Shown in pieces: positions 62,561 through 64,000 of a stretch of 64,000 nt of DNA (position 1 is its first letter; each line of letters opens with the position of its first letter). The position numbers were made by a program, and so were the translations under genes. The notes beneath the pieces were generated by a model. The model did not search any database and had not been told where the DNA came from. It worked only from the letters and a program-made list of their open reading frames with translations. This stretch comes from Prorocentrum cordatum (lineage: Eukaryota): assembly GCA_963575745.1 (NCBI GenBank), contig CAUYUJ010000002.1, positions 620,001 to 684,000 on the forward strand, read 5' to 3'.

Positions 62561-63795
62561 AATTAGCCTGGCGAAGAACCCAACCATATGCAGTTGTCAG
62601 TGCCGCAGCTGCGGGTTTCATCTTCAGTGGAACTCCCCATAGGACTACGGAACGTGTGAGGGGTGTGCCGAGATGGGTGCCACTGGGGCATTCGGCGAAG
62701 CTCCCTATGGGGACATGAAACACGCGCGGGGCGTGCCGACATGGGTGGCGGAAACGCATGTGAGGGCCGCCGCTGGGGCCTCCAGTGGAGCTCCCTTTGG
62801 GTCCCCGAAACATGATGCTGCTGCGGGGGGTGTGCCAGGATGGGTGGCGGAGACGCATGTAAGCGCCGCTACTGGGGCCTTCGGTGGAGCTCCCTATGGG
62901 GCCACGAAACGTGTGAGGGGTGTGCCGAATTGGGTGCGGGTGGTGACGCATGCGGGCGGTGCCACTGGGGCCTTCGGTGGAGCTCCCTATGGGGCCACGA
63001 AACCTGTTGTTGTGAGGGGTGTGCCGGGATGGGTGGCGGGGACGCATGTGAGCGCGGCCGCCGGGGTCTTCGGTGGGGCTCCCTATGGGGCCACGAAACG
63101 TGTGAGGGGTGTGCCGAATTGGGTGGGCGGGGGTGACGCATGTGAGCGCCGCCGCTGGGGCCTCCGGTGGATGATGGGGCCACGAAACCTGTCAGGGAAG
63201 TGCCGAAATGGGTGTGCGGGACACATGCGCATGTGAGCGCCGCCACTGGGGCCTTCGGTGGAGCTCCTATGGGGCCTCGAAACTGTGAGGGGTGTGCCGA
63301 ATTGGGTGTGCGTGACGCATTGCGGCGGCAGCACTGGGGGCCTTCGGTGGGGCTTCCCCTATGGGGGCCACGATAGTTGTGAGGGGTGTGCCGAATTGGG
63401 TGTGGGTGACGCATGCGGGCGGCAGCACTGAGGCCTTCGGCGGAGCTCCTATGGGGCCACGAAACGTGGGAGGGGTGTGCCGAATTGGGTGTGGGTGACG
63501 CATGCGGGCGGCAGCACTGGGGCCTTCGGTGGGGCTCCCTATGGGGCCACGAAGCGTGCGAGGGTGTGCCGAAGTGGGTGTGGGGGACGCATGCGGGCGG
63601 CAGCACTGGGGCCTTCGGTGGGGTTCCCCGCGGGGCCACGAAACGTGCGAGGGTGTGCGATTTGGGTGTGCGGGCAGCATGCGGGCGGGGGCAGAACTGG
63701 GGCATTCTGTGGGGTCCCTATAGGGCACGGAAAACGTTTTGTGAGGGGTGTGCCGAATTGGGTGTGGGTGACCGCATGCGGCGCGGGCAGCACGG
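62561..63795 (-). mobile_element. Element B, minus-strand copy with tandem array (other end not seen)
   Basis: aattagcctggcgaagaacccaaccatatg is the reverse complement of the B 3' end; units ccttcggtggagctccctatggggccacgaaacgtgtgaggggtgtgccgaattggg. Confidence 0.8.
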
Positions 63796-64000
63796 TGTTT
63801 TATTTTCTTTGTTTGTGTGGGGACTGAGTGTTATATTTTCGGTTTGTAGGGTGCTCGCTTTTTCGGTTGAGGTGTGGCTATCTCTTTTTTGATTTCGTTC
63901 TGTCTGTTCATGTACTTTTTTCCTTAATTTCTTTTCCATTTTTTCCGCCTTTTTTTTTTTTTGTTTCTTTCTCTTTGTCTTTCGTTTTTTTCCCTCTCAT

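Noticed and set aside
62630..63790. Hammerhead ribozyme satellite (hairpin followed by CGAAAC in each unit)
   Set aside because: The CUGAnGA catalytic core is not present upstream of the stem; an Infernal search would settle it
1..64000. rRNA, tRNA or spliced-leader RNA genes
   Set aside because: None recognised by eye; a covariance-model search was not possible

Overview
Eukaryotic, GC-rich, repeat-dense DNA with no prokaryotic operon structure. GT/GC donors with AG|G junctions, TIR-derived introns and the repeat content point to a dinoflagellate nuclear genome (Prorocentrum-like; this is inference). Most ORFs in the track are low-complexity or repeat artefacts. Supported content: (1) a nearly full-length, frameshifted RLE-type (CRE/R2-like) non-LTR retrotransposon (~21.6-25.5 kb, minus) with an unusual N-terminal PARP-type zinc finger and a hydrophobic leader; (2) a degraded multi-exon gene (~32.4-40.7 kb, minus) that splices into a pogo/Tigger-like transposase joined to a Ulp1/C48-like protease and a Cys cluster, with five reconstructed introns (four MITE-derived or palindromic, one a 2.4-kb microsatellite); (3) an EF-hand gene whose fourth Ca-binding loop is split by a 129-bp MITE that splices out without a scar (an introner, with a sibling copy at 563-692); (4) a 5'-truncated LINE RT with a 21-bp TSD, nested in a Helentron/DINE-like tandem-repeat element that is itself nested in a MITE (53.1-58.2 kb); (5) an intronless 362-aa orphan ORF; (6) many MITE families, a foldback element, a SINE-like composite, telomere-like arrays and microsatellites. 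All calls are by eye; no database searches were run.
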